Part shown: positions 12,501-20,667 of the stretch, piece after piece
Layout of the letters: every line of letters starts with the position of its first letter
How positions within the stretch are numbered: position 1 is the first letter of the stretch
The notes under the pieces: model-generated
Databases searched by the model: none
Told to the model about the DNA's origin: nothing
The model's input: the letters and a program-made list of their open reading frames with translations, nothing else
Virus record (IMG/VR): IMGVR_UViG_3300005965_000002
Coordinates: 186,001-250,000 of that record
Length of the DNA stretch: 64,000 nucleotides
Reading direction: 5' to 3' (one strand)
Program-made: the position numbers and the translations under genes

Positions 12501-13236
12501 TACGGCACAAACTGCTGATGAATCAATAGAGCTAGTAATTGATTTAAGAAATCAGACGGGATTGCGGCTGTTGAATATGGACACACCAGCATCCTATGAA
12601 GTTAGCGGTACTGGTTTAAATAAGAGTTTGACTGTAAATAAAGATAATAAAACAAAAGTTTTTAAGCTTACGACTAAACAGCTTAACACTATTAGAGATA
12701 ACTTATCTGGTAGTGTGCTGTCAGGATTACAGGAGATAGGAATATACCCAATACTTCTAGAAAGTAATCAGTTCGGCTTACTAAATAATGTTGATAGTAA
12801 TGATCTACCAATAAATGCTCCTCCAAGTTCTGGAGCTCATGTTTATTTTGGATTTCTTTCTGACATCCGTTTTTATCAGATTTCTGATAAAAATTTGGAT
12901 GCACAGCTATCGTACATTAAACGTAGGCTGGCAAAGCCCTGGAAAGACAGCGAAGGTAATTTCATTCCCGATTATTATAATAGTGATAATTACTATGACT
13001 TTGAGTACGGAATTAGTAGGGATCAATTTTTAAGCTTTTTAAGGGATACCAGGTTTACACAATTAGCCAACAGCATAATAAATGAAGAGCTTAATAATAA
13101 AGCCTATCTGTGGCTTTATTTAAAATTTCACAGGGAGTTCGGATGCGACCAACAGGTAAAGGTACTGACCAAACAGATAGAGGAAGACGAGGAGTCAGGA
13201 AATCAACTGGGGATAGCACCAATAAGTGGAGAGTAA
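3571..13236 (+). CDS. Giant (3221 aa) repeat-rich virion/baseplate protein
   Basis: Uninterrupted 9.7 kb ORF with GAGG upstream, between spike and wedge genes. Repeated L-x-E/K-x-x-DY-x-I-x-Y-x-x-G modules and repeated F-x-L/F-x-x-Y-x-x-L-x-x-L-x-x-AI[ND] modules. Confidence 0.7.
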   Translation: MSSEVYNLVTLDVDKTVTRGARVSFKNSPTTPPLIAVADADLCCTGANYLVRSSLEGNNLKGYAKFNKNSSLVENVTGIEGITGGDIIRNDSDNTFYTVTGIQGDSLYLTSRYQGDTSEGPATLRKVRLGSAKFEYLKSYQDDNTLVYNQADQVWEPLGIEMKGPVETSSSVLKPFSGDELGIQFQKSENPNEPDLATVKSVYKTLVSRTQREIQDLSLSPIPYPHESLKVYFGPDGNVELKEEGKDYVVNYSSNPTLLSSHPPFEDRQVAYIKFLEELDNTTQIESLAGNFPGSFSIIKRDVIPGSDDLVTPIQDIISGTEDIKVGGETQTRYKDYDIDYPSGNVTFIEHQNSELLIDNITFPTNLIWDGVSIIRGVTKDKVEDESNLIIPPVTGLPGISETLYFEDNDSRALVKNADYILEYNSGAISIETDLEEGSALLLSYFVEGEDQEKEDLPLTNIRTDKFPIQPDTLTLIKKWRNSETQKTGTTVLVEGVDYEIFYLTGKIRLLRTIEGEEIRSLQATYTPLTQINAIIQPTGSPGFYQFTLVDDILDNVDVSNLRFLVRNPSVSIASEDPFKDAGDPDRYSFENDIEQITAVKIRGKEEFNVEDISYDPKTKEIQLGKSQNAEITMEQYDVALATYRYTSDTVPYAPVIPFFPIFAEGSDSFVIEGFDKTDVIRTGMVIRIDNFDPENTYYFKVKSISYDGDNTTVTISGIFPENITNPTFFLFDDFITWESLPSGTLVDRTSLIGSTQLRFKNNPLSVLNQMRNDKILMINDSFIHTILSAEVDESDPDIINVSVFPALQDAPSGTVVVSNTPVYSEGDTDLFAEYPVLDDPAEPAFRISYNAPEGYEGSGTIAVDTEKIILRENVEGNVNPNSYEYKFSDYSNIRELAEAIDDTQSTFPSINSKIPSYRPFTFNPDGVEEYYLPSNNYSADLVIPFEEGEKENLPYMITVTPELFKWKLVSAYKNREYFEVEDRDRTDLFSSGALIAFKTRDTGTDYFYEVKESEYDDSSDPAKTKVTIKGTFSDNLINPYIYRYARPSWRNVVTDIVSIDRDNSIVIFSGDISRTVKVNTLVRFGSTYVYSINKIEVISGNTLAYLEPNIDLNVRDEKFFNYVEFSDVPVILDGVTRQPNFTITYKAPSGYVGKGYVEITDDFLKLTEVLDGSKSADKEFKFSDYNDLNQLVADIDSFDDFNIPGYSPFSADASAYEEELEAGKLETFSLAETPKTEVSYNVKIAKSTFEITYTSPVGYSNTAKIEFYSDQMKVIESGSGSDIKTSTITFVGKSIYDIVSEIQDIESLVPGNNPFSVDLKNTEEFVGRGDPGKYQVAGNPEKVTLDNPYRVKCIVFEDWWSQLIRINENRLVENNDYTIEGGSVVLSDTVEKGDRFRISYMGLDTLPQSGGEAITCSCRFISVLPEGYRVDVYMDYLNIDQFYLQTLTERFFLEIVTAPQVEQLLRTKTGGGGNGADTGDSGEIPVYEGGAVNSQYRLRDEQIKKELYLKIFEWYKQRRRNFTSEAQLIMGFKYGNCPHVAYQDGRFTLSDSAVEGPQYSMITNSDIEQINNDSSRFFPLGYDGSAPVYIDRLGDKYISYNEVYPYNVRYVFEDGSPDVLEGRVKSVNPYWTQNLDFEILQNESNTIVAPYNMPFEEYDRTFFSDDKKTNFLKRISVGDKFRIEGKKNRYTIGKIEVGKDSRVGGTYEVLVMEDGKYFTESGIQTIAIQVKEDGRKVREEVVKEFFGDQVKTKSFSEFESFYAGEGYKLEVQTFNPAFFPAYDDNFNLGVKIEGKDIDGKVPNKNQIKKFGRFNFFAALFALVPGEYDPAENFRLQAGHLDEDSLTFVPEETITVNIADLNYFQERNVINVQDALYKNTDGDADDNDKPGLSKYFYLSLERVYVAGSEEGYVEGFVLRSRDKNKVFRFLLEDGLDVADQYGYRDIDETTGNSIVYENFYDPNNIYRWLLKEQQAWLTEEAIIRDVFDVSDKIGRAFEAAILNGSISGFKDDLISISNVLDVRIPRYMDHLLFLTGMTSEQGPIERTMEEVIISETGELSFASPAIKESYEDAAGKTGTKGAIQVYQDFLNEQNLAISVNASNRSIWITDYIRWVLSLNEGTVFQKEARRQYDLLRQDIDIGFLSFDAVSLRYNQNPEAYLLSNPKYGVYSYSNSGPSLVLQVEADSVSNSEDQGVRTFVFPFREHTTLSSLISAVNSQAKVGNEQLFSAQLIFAHYPKGNYTTQRLVYTDGLLSIDDDTVSIQASNVSDHRKNDSRVLFLDKRREQRLILDNADSTAIEPFPTYVSNGDPNKKFIDDLNIKVPGRWARVPEDFPEGYFDVLKIGPYNSNWSISYTFEDTYKDGTTRDDITTPEDVIDRYNEQSRVDIDKDTWEVLLSRGNKSRPETFLLKKLIITKKGVTSFDEEFDLRRYEDISSLVTAINSAKDDQGNRLFKAEVVGEENIQGRMKSYELKADYERQILKVLVGVDVDTTDTESVQYYLRDFPVGWKVATVELDPGQTATIEINPKRYSLLENYAFLPEPPEQARDTALSNQKIDILPFDLYTWAENGSYKIEYEVSGDTVIKNSLILSSDRGTCTIPLKEEELLYDYSGDGKGLINRINRNPDCNRYWYANLKFGRKGKNNFVYTYLPKTKSTSVPKASLEDLYLDKDSALTIESDGINFEYQVVPTDTLPSPIDLDTVYESKQLNLEADIGAIRLSFGDGYTNSTQGTYTIDGTAETLSFSVSYEYDYEYSVSFNLSSYTLDDLKDAINGERDPVTNTDLFNASRGVGVPESEPASKLVVQSGDLPGTLLKSDSPSEAIVISLLPPDPSYTVRSARYSVSPGGTLTLQATLRYTGTFNPPAFNLLSASYGTLQNLTEAIGDLKPDSAFNSIFNAELLIPDDDSTDLLDSGGAQALGEFSYLRLQSVKSYDITNITLNGLVSSINNDADSTGFTATAVEGYGTYPAKYLVPSSTAQTADESIELVIDLRNQTGLRLLNMDTPASYEVSGTGLNKSLTVNKDNKTKVFKLTTKQLNTIRDNLSGSVLSGLQEIGIYPILLESNQFGLLNNVDSNDLPINAPPSSGAHVYFGFLSDIRFYQISDKNLDAQLSYIKRRLAKPWKDSEGNFIPDYYNSDNYYDFEYGISRDQFLSFLRDTRFTQLANSIINEELNNKAYLWLYLKFHREFGCDQQVKVLTKQIEEDEESGNQLGIAPISGE

Positions 13237-13361
13237 TTAAACCTCAAGAGCGTACGTCTCCTATTTTAGATGAAATGATGGCTCCGATTATATCGGCTGT
13301 CGATAGAACTATAGATATTGAAAAAGAGAATCTTTTGCAGAAGATAAAGAGGACTGTATGA
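13143..13361 (+). CDS. Possible small protein (72 aa) overlapping the end of the giant gene
   Basis: Fills the 121-nt gap after the giant gene and ends in an ATGA overlap with the next gene. ATG 13143 has GGGAG 5 nt upstream. The C-terminal half looks like an amphipathic helix. Confidence 0.4.
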   Translation: MRPTGKGTDQTDRGRRGVRKSTGDSTNKWRVIKPQERTSPILDEMMAPIISAVDRTIDIEKENLLQKIKRTV

Positions 13362-15067
13362 AGGTCAGATTTTCTCCCAGCAGGGGATCAGAACTCGTAA
13401 AACCTAAGATAGAAGAAGATACTACGGCTGTATCATTTTCTGATTTATTAGGATTTACTGTGCAGCCTTCAAGTACGGCGTTTGCCGAGCGGTCCCCTGG
13501 GACGACAACTAGCAGCTACGACTGGAAGAATTGGACTCTTAACTTTGGGTTGTCGGATGTACAAAAATTTGTTAATGGGGCAGATTATGTGCTCTCTACT
13601 TTACAGATAATCTCAGAAACTATTAGTAGTACAGCAAAGATATTAAGGTTATTTTCAAACGACTTAAAGTCTGTCTCAAGGCTATTAAAAACTGTATCAA
13701 ATGCCCTGGTAAGTAGTATTCGTGGTTTCACCGAGTCTTTGGCGTCCACGCCACTAGCCGTTACCCTGATTCTACCTGATGTGGATAAACGAAAATCCGG
13801 GTTTGTTAATCCAATAAATATGGGATTTCAAGAGTTTAAAACGAGGGTTTCTAGTGCTTGTTTGAACCCAAATGATCCAGGAGCTCCAAAATTTGAAGAG
13901 CCGGATCAGGTTGGTGGTATAGTGGTTGCAGGTATCGCAGGCCAGAACGACCCTAATGCTTTGTTTGACACTTTACGTAATTTTGACATTTTATCGAGGT
14001 TCTTCAGCTTTAAAAACCCGAATTTATCATCTCCACAAAACGTGACATTAAAAGCAGGGAGATACGGTAAGGACGATAGGTTTGGTGTAAAGGTCATATG
14101 GGACCACCCAGGGACACTCGGTATTAAAAATTTCGCCATTTTCCGTAGCAGATACCATAATGGTTATATAAGTAATGTGGAATACAACGGGAAACCGGTA
14201 ACAATAAATGTATTTGAGGATGAAGATTTTAATAATAACGAGCCGGTTATTAAGTCAGCCTTGTTGACTCGGCCTAAATTTAGTTATATAGATTACGAAG
14301 TCGAAGAGGGCGTTCAGTATCACTATGTAGTATACAGTTTACCTAGTAAGGATTATCTGGAAAAAGTACCTGTAATGAAATCTTTAAAAAGTCCATTAGC
14401 GTCAAATAGGGTATCCATTGTTGCAAGAAACTGCATTCCTGTCTCTGAGCTAAGAGAAAAGTTGTTACTGGATGTAGACGGAAATCCTGTAGATCCTGAT
14501 TTTTTTGACTCCGAATGGATATCCCTCAACGTCAGGTCTCTCTTAGGAACTGAATTTGAAAATATTTTGAGACGATTAGAAAGATACGTTGATATCTTTA
14601 ACGGCTGGGTAACTACAGGAAGTGATGCCATAACGCAGTATGTTGACTTTTATTCTAACAGAATAAGGCAGTATACTAATATAATAAAAACTATACAAGA
14701 TACAATACAAACAATATCACAGTATCGACTTGGGGGCAGTATACTTTATTTAGAATTAGAATTGGAAAATGGTGGTATTGAGAATTTTGTGCGCCGGTTT
14801 AATGATGCTACTATTAGTCCGGATGTTCTTGAATTGGATGGAATTTATTTCGGAATAGTAATAGTTTATGGTTTTCCAAACTTTAATAGCCGCACGTATA
14901 AGCTATATTTCCCGCAGGAAGAAATAGATCAATTGCAGACGAGATTAGATATGAGTAAATCTTCTAAAGAATTTTTTAATAAGGAAAAAGAAAGAATAAA
15001 AGAACTGATCGACAGTAGCGATAATGCTTTTTCTTTCTTAAAAGAAACATTATTTGGCGGAGATTAA
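13358..15067 (+). CDS. Virion structural protein with a central fibronectin type III-like domain
   Basis: SPQNVTLKAG...VKVIWDHPG...KNFAIFRS...SYIDYEVEEGVQYHYVVYS follows the FN3 pattern. The flanks are helical. GAGG upstream. Confidence 0.55.
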   Translation: MKVRFSPSRGSELVKPKIEEDTTAVSFSDLLGFTVQPSSTAFAERSPGTTTSSYDWKNWTLNFGLSDVQKFVNGADYVLSTLQIISETISSTAKILRLFSNDLKSVSRLLKTVSNALVSSIRGFTESLASTPLAVTLILPDVDKRKSGFVNPINMGFQEFKTRVSSACLNPNDPGAPKFEEPDQVGGIVVAGIAGQNDPNALFDTLRNFDILSRFFSFKNPNLSSPQNVTLKAGRYGKDDRFGVKVIWDHPGTLGIKNFAIFRSRYHNGYISNVEYNGKPVTINVFEDEDFNNNEPVIKSALLTRPKFSYIDYEVEEGVQYHYVVYSLPSKDYLEKVPVMKSLKSPLASNRVSIVARNCIPVSELREKLLLDVDGNPVDPDFFDSEWISLNVRSLLGTEFENILRRLERYVDIFNGWVTTGSDAITQYVDFYSNRIRQYTNIIKTIQDTIQTISQYRLGGSILYLELELENGGIENFVRRFNDATISPDVLELDGIYFGIVIVYGFPNFNSRTYKLYFPQEEIDQLQTRLDMSKSSKEFFNKEKERIKELIDSSDNAFSFLKETLFGGD

Positions 15068-16493
15068 TATGGGATACAGGCGTGATAACATAAATAATCT
15101 TTCTAAGATCGATAGGGTTGATGATTTAATTGATTATCAGGATCTTCTGGAGGTTGCCAGCCAAACTCAGGAGCACAGAAGCCTCTATATCGAGCATCTT
15201 CGGGTAGAGCAACGTAGGTATGAAAAAAGGATTAAAGAGCTCACTCGGCAAAGGTCCCAACAAATTCTACTCAAGGATATACTTACAAAGACAGATAACC
15301 CTGAGGAGACTTTAAAAACTTATAGGCCATCGGTCTTCCACGTACCTAAGCCCGATCAGTCATTAGAGAAATTTGATTACTCAAAGATTTATGGGCCTAA
15401 TCCCTCCTTTGATATGAAATCTGTAGCTCAGGAAGAGATAAGAGACGTAATCCGAGCTATTGATATAGCTATTAGAGATATTGATTATGAGCTATCCAAA
15501 ACCGACTTATTTGAAAGACGGACTTCGTATATAATAAAAAAACTCCAGTCTCAGGAAAGTAGCCTAAATAAAGCTAAGCTTACTAGCGGGGCAAGGTATA
15601 AAAATATTGTTCAGAATATATCTGATATAAACAATGTGATCAGTAAGGTGAGTAGCTTAATATTTGTTTTAGAAGATATACCTGAGAATTTTACCACTGA
15701 AAGTGAATCTAAGAAGTTCGAAACCGAGTTTAACCAAAAAACTTTTTCATATAATTTGGAGCGTAGGGCACTAATTGAAATTTCTGAGGATTATATAGAA
15801 GATTACCCCGAGCAGACAGTAGCAACTACTTATATTATCGATTTAAGAGTTTACGTGGAATCTTTACCACAGCAACTCACAGTCATAATGCCTCAGAAAG
15901 AAGAGGTATTAAAGACATTAAAAGTATTTTTAAAGAGAGCTATATCCGATAAGATCAGAATAAAAGGAAAACTTGAGGCTTTGGCTGGGGAAAAACATAA
16001 TGCTGAGATAAATAAGAGGGTCAAAGATCTAAAGGATGAGCTTAATACGCAGTTAGCTACAGACGCTATAAATGATATAGTTGATAAGTCACTCACACAA
16101 GATGTAGCTCGCCAAGCCACACAGAGACTAAAAACAGCCACTGATAATAGAATTAGGCGCTTTCGAGAAAGACTAAAAAAGGCAAACACTGTAGAGCTCA
16201 TAAATGATTTCAAGTATGAATATTTAAACTGGGGATCTCTTTTTAAGAGAACCGAGGAAAAGGATCGTACAGGTGATCAGACTTTAGAAGAGTATTGGAG
16301 AGAAGAGCTTAGACAAAAATATGGAGGTGACATACCTTTTTGTGACGAGGTGCGTCTTCTGGACGGCAGCTTCGCTAAAAAGACAGATGTGATATTAGAC
16401 TCAGAATCAGGCACATATATTAGGCGGCAAGATAAGAAAAATCAAGAAATTATAGATGAAAATCTGGCGAATGACCCTCGCCAGAGGATTTAA
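15054..16493 (+). CDS. Hypothetical charged coiled-coil protein (479 aa)
   Basis: Long ORF rich in E/K/R/L within the baseplate operon. The true start may be ATG 15069. Confidence 0.6.
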   Translation: MAEINMGYRRDNINNLSKIDRVDDLIDYQDLLEVASQTQEHRSLYIEHLRVEQRRYEKRIKELTRQRSQQILLKDILTKTDNPEETLKTYRPSVFHVPKPDQSLEKFDYSKIYGPNPSFDMKSVAQEEIRDVIRAIDIAIRDIDYELSKTDLFERRTSYIIKKLQSQESSLNKAKLTSGARYKNIVQNISDINNVISKVSSLIFVLEDIPENFTTESESKKFETEFNQKTFSYNLERRALIEISEDYIEDYPEQTVATTYIIDLRVYVESLPQQLTVIMPQKEEVLKTLKVFLKRAISDKIRIKGKLEALAGEKHNAEINKRVKDLKDELNTQLATDAINDIVDKSLTQDVARQATQRLKTATDNRIRRFRERLKKANTVELINDFKYEYLNWGSLFKRTEEKDRTGDQTLEEYWREELRQKYGGDIPFCDEVRLLDGSFAKKTDVILDSESGTYIRRQDKKNQEIIDENLANDPRQRI

Positions 16494-16505
16494 TTATCTA
16501 CTAAT
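16491..16505 (+). promoter_or_regulatory. Candidate late-promoter motif TAATTATCTACTAAT
   Basis: Same motif recurs at 29761, 41149, 49000 and 50616, always in short gaps before structural genes. Confidence 0.55.
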
Positions 16506-16520
16506 TAAAAGACCTTCCAT

Positions 16521-17270
16521 ATGTCACAAGATTTTAAAATACAGAATAGATGCGATCATAAGATAAATTGGGAGGAAGGAACTCTTTCTTCTGATAGAAA
16601 ACGCATAGATGTCACTTATCGAATAGCTTCTAAATCATCTGTTTCGTTACGAATAAATAATGTAGCTATTCCAACCTCGAATTATAAAATAGTAAAAGAC
16701 GTAACGGTAGTCGATACTGAAAAGCCTTTTTATATACTAATGAACAATAAAATAAGGCATAATAACCCTCTGGTCGAGGTAAAGTACGTAACTTTTTTAA
16801 ATAGATGCCCAAAATGCCAGGGTACTAAATTTTTGGATGATATTGCTTATAGTTCATCTGGGGATATTACACAAGTAAAAGATGAATTTTTATTGTTACA
16901 AACAGTAGAGAAGTACATAGTTACAAATATAAGAAGTAACAAATTTCATTCTTGGATGGGAACTAACCTCCATGAATTAGTAGGTACAAAGATACTGGAC
17001 ATGGAATTACTACGGAATAAAGTTGTAGATGAAGTAAACTCGGCTATAGAAAAGCTAAAGGATATTCAGAGGCAGTTAGTCTCTACCGGAAGGCCGGTAA
17101 GTGCGGGTGAGCTTTTTGGTGAATTGATATCAGTAGACCTCACCCAGGATTTCGAAGATTTAAGCATAATATCAGTAACCGTAAGATTTACAGCTCAAAG
17201 CGGAAAAAGGCTAAACTATACGCAATTACTGGAGCTGGCAGATCTAAGGCAAAGGATTAACTTCTCATGA
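16521..17270 (+). CDS. gp25/GPW-like baseplate wedge protein with N-terminal extension
   Basis: LLQTVEKYIVTNIRSNKFHSWMGTNLHELVG matches the gp25-family core. It lies directly before baseplate J. The N-terminal part carries C-D-H and C-P-K-C. Confidence 0.7.
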   Translation: MSQDFKIQNRCDHKINWEEGTLSSDRKRIDVTYRIASKSSVSLRINNVAIPTSNYKIVKDVTVVDTEKPFYILMNNKIRHNNPLVEVKYVTFLNRCPKCQGTKFLDDIAYSSSGDITQVKDEFLLLQTVEKYIVTNIRSNKFHSWMGTNLHELVGTKILDMELLRNKVVDEVNSAIEKLKDIQRQLVSTGRPVSAGELFGELISVDLTQDFEDLSIISVTVRFTAQSGKRLNYTQLLELADLRQRINFS

Positions 17271-20200
17271 CTATAGCTGCTCCTATTATTGAGTACCCTA
17301 TGACCGATTGGACTGGCAGCGGTACTGATAAATATTACACATCTGAATTGATACAGATAATATCGGGCACTGTTCCTGTGACTACTGCTGACGTTCAGGA
17401 ACTAGGCTCTATAATTACTGTAGAGTTTAGGTACAGAATTACCTCAGGCGGCACTACTTCGCCTTATTCTAACTTTAGCAATGCTGGAATCACAGTAGGT
17501 AGCACTCTTAGCACGGCTACTGAAATTCCCTGGTCGCTAAACACAGAAGGTATAGTTAGCTTCGATGTTGATGATACTATAGAGTTTGAATTAAAAACAG
17601 TAAAAAGAATTTCAAACAATCAGGGTGCTGGTTATGTATCCGAAGAGAGCTCCCTATCAAAGGTAACAGTAGGGATTATTGCAGAAGATAAAATCACGGC
17701 TTCTGTCATAGAACCTACTGGAACCAGATTAGAGCGTGCTAGGGATTACATAAAGGTATTTGTCCCGGTTAATTCTTTAAAGACAAACAGAGACAATGAT
17801 CTTGTAGGCGTAAACTTTTACATTTCATTAGATGCCGGTGGTGGAGTAAACGGTTACCAAAAGATAAATCAATCCTATATTGTTGAAGCAGATGTGTCGG
17901 AAACAGAATCGGAAGTATTACAGGTTTCATCAACGGAAGATACTACTAATAACCTGACGGTTACAACTACAAAAACCCGTCAGGTGCAAAGAGAGTACGT
18001 AACTTACACTATCAATTCAACAGTATTGAATAGACTTGTATCCGAGAATAAAATTAGGAATGTATTTTTGGATAACGATGCTACTTTAAACCCGGACATA
18101 GTTTATTATTTTGTAACCACTGCTCTTTCCTTTGATAAGTCATTAAAGCAGGTCGTCGAGAGTAATTACTCGGTTGAACTTGAGGGTGAATTCCTGGAAT
18201 ATGCTACAGATTTTCAAAGCATACCGGGTAGAAATAATTCGGATATAATTTTTTCTGTAACAAAAACTCTTACTACTGATAATAATACTGTTAATGTAAT
18301 AGGCGGTTCTGTTGTAAGAGACATATTAGATCCCGTAGCATTAGAATTTTCTAAGTATTACATAATTCAGGATTTTATATTCAAGACGCTATCAGTGGAT
18401 ACGCTTATAGATTTTGACGACGCCGATGGAGATGGTGTCAGTGATCCCATCGAAACTAATATAGATAAGCGAAACTTAGCCGACGCTCTCGGGATTAGGG
18501 ATGGGGCAAATTTACAGTTAATTATAAATGAACAGTTCGATAAAAGAGCTGCAAACTGCAATATCACACGACGAGATCCGATACAGGCTACAGGTAAAGT
18601 AACTTTTTTTGTATCGAATGCCCCGACAAATGATATAATCATTCCAGCAGGTACTCAGGTAAGCACAGCGGCTGACCCGACTACGGGCTCAACATCCGTG
18701 GCTTTTACTGTAGTAGGGACAAAATTAATTGATTCTTCAAATCCTGACTTTTACTATAATCCTACTTTAAGAAGATACGAAATTGAGGCTGACGTAAGGG
18801 CTGTGCTCGGCGGGTCTCAAGGTAATGTACCAGCTGGGTCTATAGAAAGAGCTACTGGATTACCTAGTAATATCCAGGTAACTAATACTAATCCCACTAA
18901 CTACGGCGCTAATAGAGAAACTAATAGAGAGTTGTCCGAAAGAATAAAGCTAGCTATAGCTGGTGTGGATTCAGGTACAGAGGGTGGCTACAAGAAAACG
19001 AGCGAAAGCGTTCCCGGGGTACAGCAGGCCCGAGTAGAAAAAGCTGGTGATGAATTAATGGTTAGAGATTTGGATATCTCCAGCAGAAGACATTTGGGCG
19101 GTAAAGTAGACATATACATTAAAGGCGAGAGAAGACGCCAATACATTGATCAGGTAGCCTTTAAATTTGAGTACCCCACCGACACATTCGGTAAGCTCAG
19201 CGGGGAGAGATTTTACGTAATTAATGCTAATGAATTTAGAATCCAAACCCGGAATACAAAAGTTACGGCCACTAATCCTATTATTTCGGTTTCTAATGTT
19301 AGAAATGTAACTAGAGGATCAGATTATGATATAAGCGGGTACCGTATTATAGGGGATGGGGATACCGTAATTTTAGAAAATAATCAGACCAATAATAGAA
19401 TAGGTATGGCTACATTAGATGTGATAGAGGTAAACTACAGCTATCGAAGCTCTAATGTAATTACTCTGGAACATCAACCCGTAAATACTATTATTTCTGT
19501 AACTGATTCAGATGGTAATCTGGTAGATGAAGCAGAATATAGGTTAGTGAGACTGGAAGATCCGCTGCTAACGGGGGAGTCCTCTATTTCTAAATATGGT
19601 ATAGAATTCTTATTCGACTCTCAAAATGACGTAAATGAATTTAGACAGATAGATGATGAGCAACATGACATGTTTCTCGATATACCGATATCTTTGTCTT
19701 TAAAGGGTGTAGATATTGATTCCATTACGGTTTTGAACGCGGATGACGAATCCATAGTCTATAAAAAAGATATAGACTATGAGGTTACCGGAGGGACGCA
19801 GGTCATACCAACACAATTATCCCTGCTGCCTAATAGTGCGATTAGGCAAGGACAAAGAATCTCTGTATCTTATAGAGCAAATGAAAATTTTGAGGTCACA
19901 TACCAAGCCAACTCATTGGTTGAGCAAGCTCAAGAAGAAGTAGAAAAGTTAAAGCACGCAGATGCCGATGTTGTTGTTAAACAAGGGATAGGAAATAGAG
20001 TCGATATCAGCGCCCGTGTTATAAAAGATGGAAGGTTAGATAGTAGGTATTTAGAATCTGATCGAACTGTTTTAAAATCTAGAATACAAACAGCCGTAGC
20101 TAACTATGTACAAAAGCTCAGGATGGGGGAAACCTTTACTCAGGCCTCACTGGTAAATGTTATCCGTAGCGTACCTGGGGTAAAAGATATAAAATTGCCC

Positions 20201-20665
20201 TTAATACGAATGATGAAACGTAACGGGTCTTTTATTCCTCTCGATGATTTAGGGAATCTTTCATTTGAAGTTTTCCAGAAAACTAGCAGCAGTGGGGTGC
20301 CCTCGTATAGGACACTTGATAGTGTTCTTACTTACCGGACTTCAGAAAACGGCGGGCCTGATCACCTTTTCCGTACCGTTTACGAGGATAATATCAGCTT
20401 AATGCTTGTAGATGACCCGACTGAGGTATCGCATGGTCCTGGTAGAGCTTATATACAGTCTGATGGTAGGATCATAGTCAGTACAAAAGACGGGGCCCCT
20501 CCACAAAGTAAATACTATAAAGCTGCCTATTACGTTTTATACCCAAATGATGTTAATGTAGCTGAGGATATAGAAACCACGGAAATTGAATACCTAGTGG
20601 TGGACTCAGCTAGTTTAAAAGATTTAGAAATTATAACTGAGCAAGTTACCAGAAGAGGATTATAA
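17267..20665 (+). CDS. Baseplate J-like (gp6/gpJ) wedge protein, 1132 aa
   Basis: ATGKVTFF...IPAGTQVST, VLGGSQGNVPAGSI...VTNTNPTNYGANRETNRELSERIKLAIAGVDSGTEGGY...VPGV...GGKVDIYI are characteristic Baseplate_J motifs. Extra N-terminal and internal beta-sandwich domains are present. Confidence 0.9.
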   Translation: MTIAAPIIEYPMTDWTGSGTDKYYTSELIQIISGTVPVTTADVQELGSIITVEFRYRITSGGTTSPYSNFSNAGITVGSTLSTATEIPWSLNTEGIVSFDVDDTIEFELKTVKRISNNQGAGYVSEESSLSKVTVGIIAEDKITASVIEPTGTRLERARDYIKVFVPVNSLKTNRDNDLVGVNFYISLDAGGGVNGYQKINQSYIVEADVSETESEVLQVSSTEDTTNNLTVTTTKTRQVQREYVTYTINSTVLNRLVSENKIRNVFLDNDATLNPDIVYYFVTTALSFDKSLKQVVESNYSVELEGEFLEYATDFQSIPGRNNSDIIFSVTKTLTTDNNTVNVIGGSVVRDILDPVALEFSKYYIIQDFIFKTLSVDTLIDFDDADGDGVSDPIETNIDKRNLADALGIRDGANLQLIINEQFDKRAANCNITRRDPIQATGKVTFFVSNAPTNDIIIPAGTQVSTAADPTTGSTSVAFTVVGTKLIDSSNPDFYYNPTLRRYEIEADVRAVLGGSQGNVPAGSIERATGLPSNIQVTNTNPTNYGANRETNRELSERIKLAIAGVDSGTEGGYKKTSESVPGVQQARVEKAGDELMVRDLDISSRRHLGGKVDIYIKGERRRQYIDQVAFKFEYPTDTFGKLSGERFYVINANEFRIQTRNTKVTATNPIISVSNVRNVTRGSDYDISGYRIIGDGDTVILENNQTNNRIGMATLDVIEVNYSYRSSNVITLEHQPVNTIISVTDSDGNLVDEAEYRLVRLEDPLLTGESSISKYGIEFLFDSQNDVNEFRQIDDEQHDMFLDIPISLSLKGVDIDSITVLNADDESIVYKKDIDYEVTGGTQVIPTQLSLLPNSAIRQGQRISVSYRANENFEVTYQANSLVEQAQEEVEKLKHADADVVVKQGIGNRVDISARVIKDGRLDSRYLESDRTVLKSRIQTAVANYVQKLRMGETFTQASLVNVIRSVPGVKDIKLPLIRMMKRNGSFIPLDDLGNLSFEVFQKTSSSGVPSYRTLDSVLTYRTSENGGPDHLFRTVYEDNISLMLVDDPTEVSHGPGRAYIQSDGRIIVSTKDGAPPQSKYYKAAYYVLYPNDVNVAEDIETTEIEYLVVDSASLKDLEIITEQVTRRGL

Positions 20666-20667
20666 AG

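Noticed and set aside
18411-18446. DFDDADGDGVSD calcium-binding-like loop in baseplate J
   Set aside because: A single Dx[DN]xDG-like motif in an acidic protein is too weak to support a functional claim.
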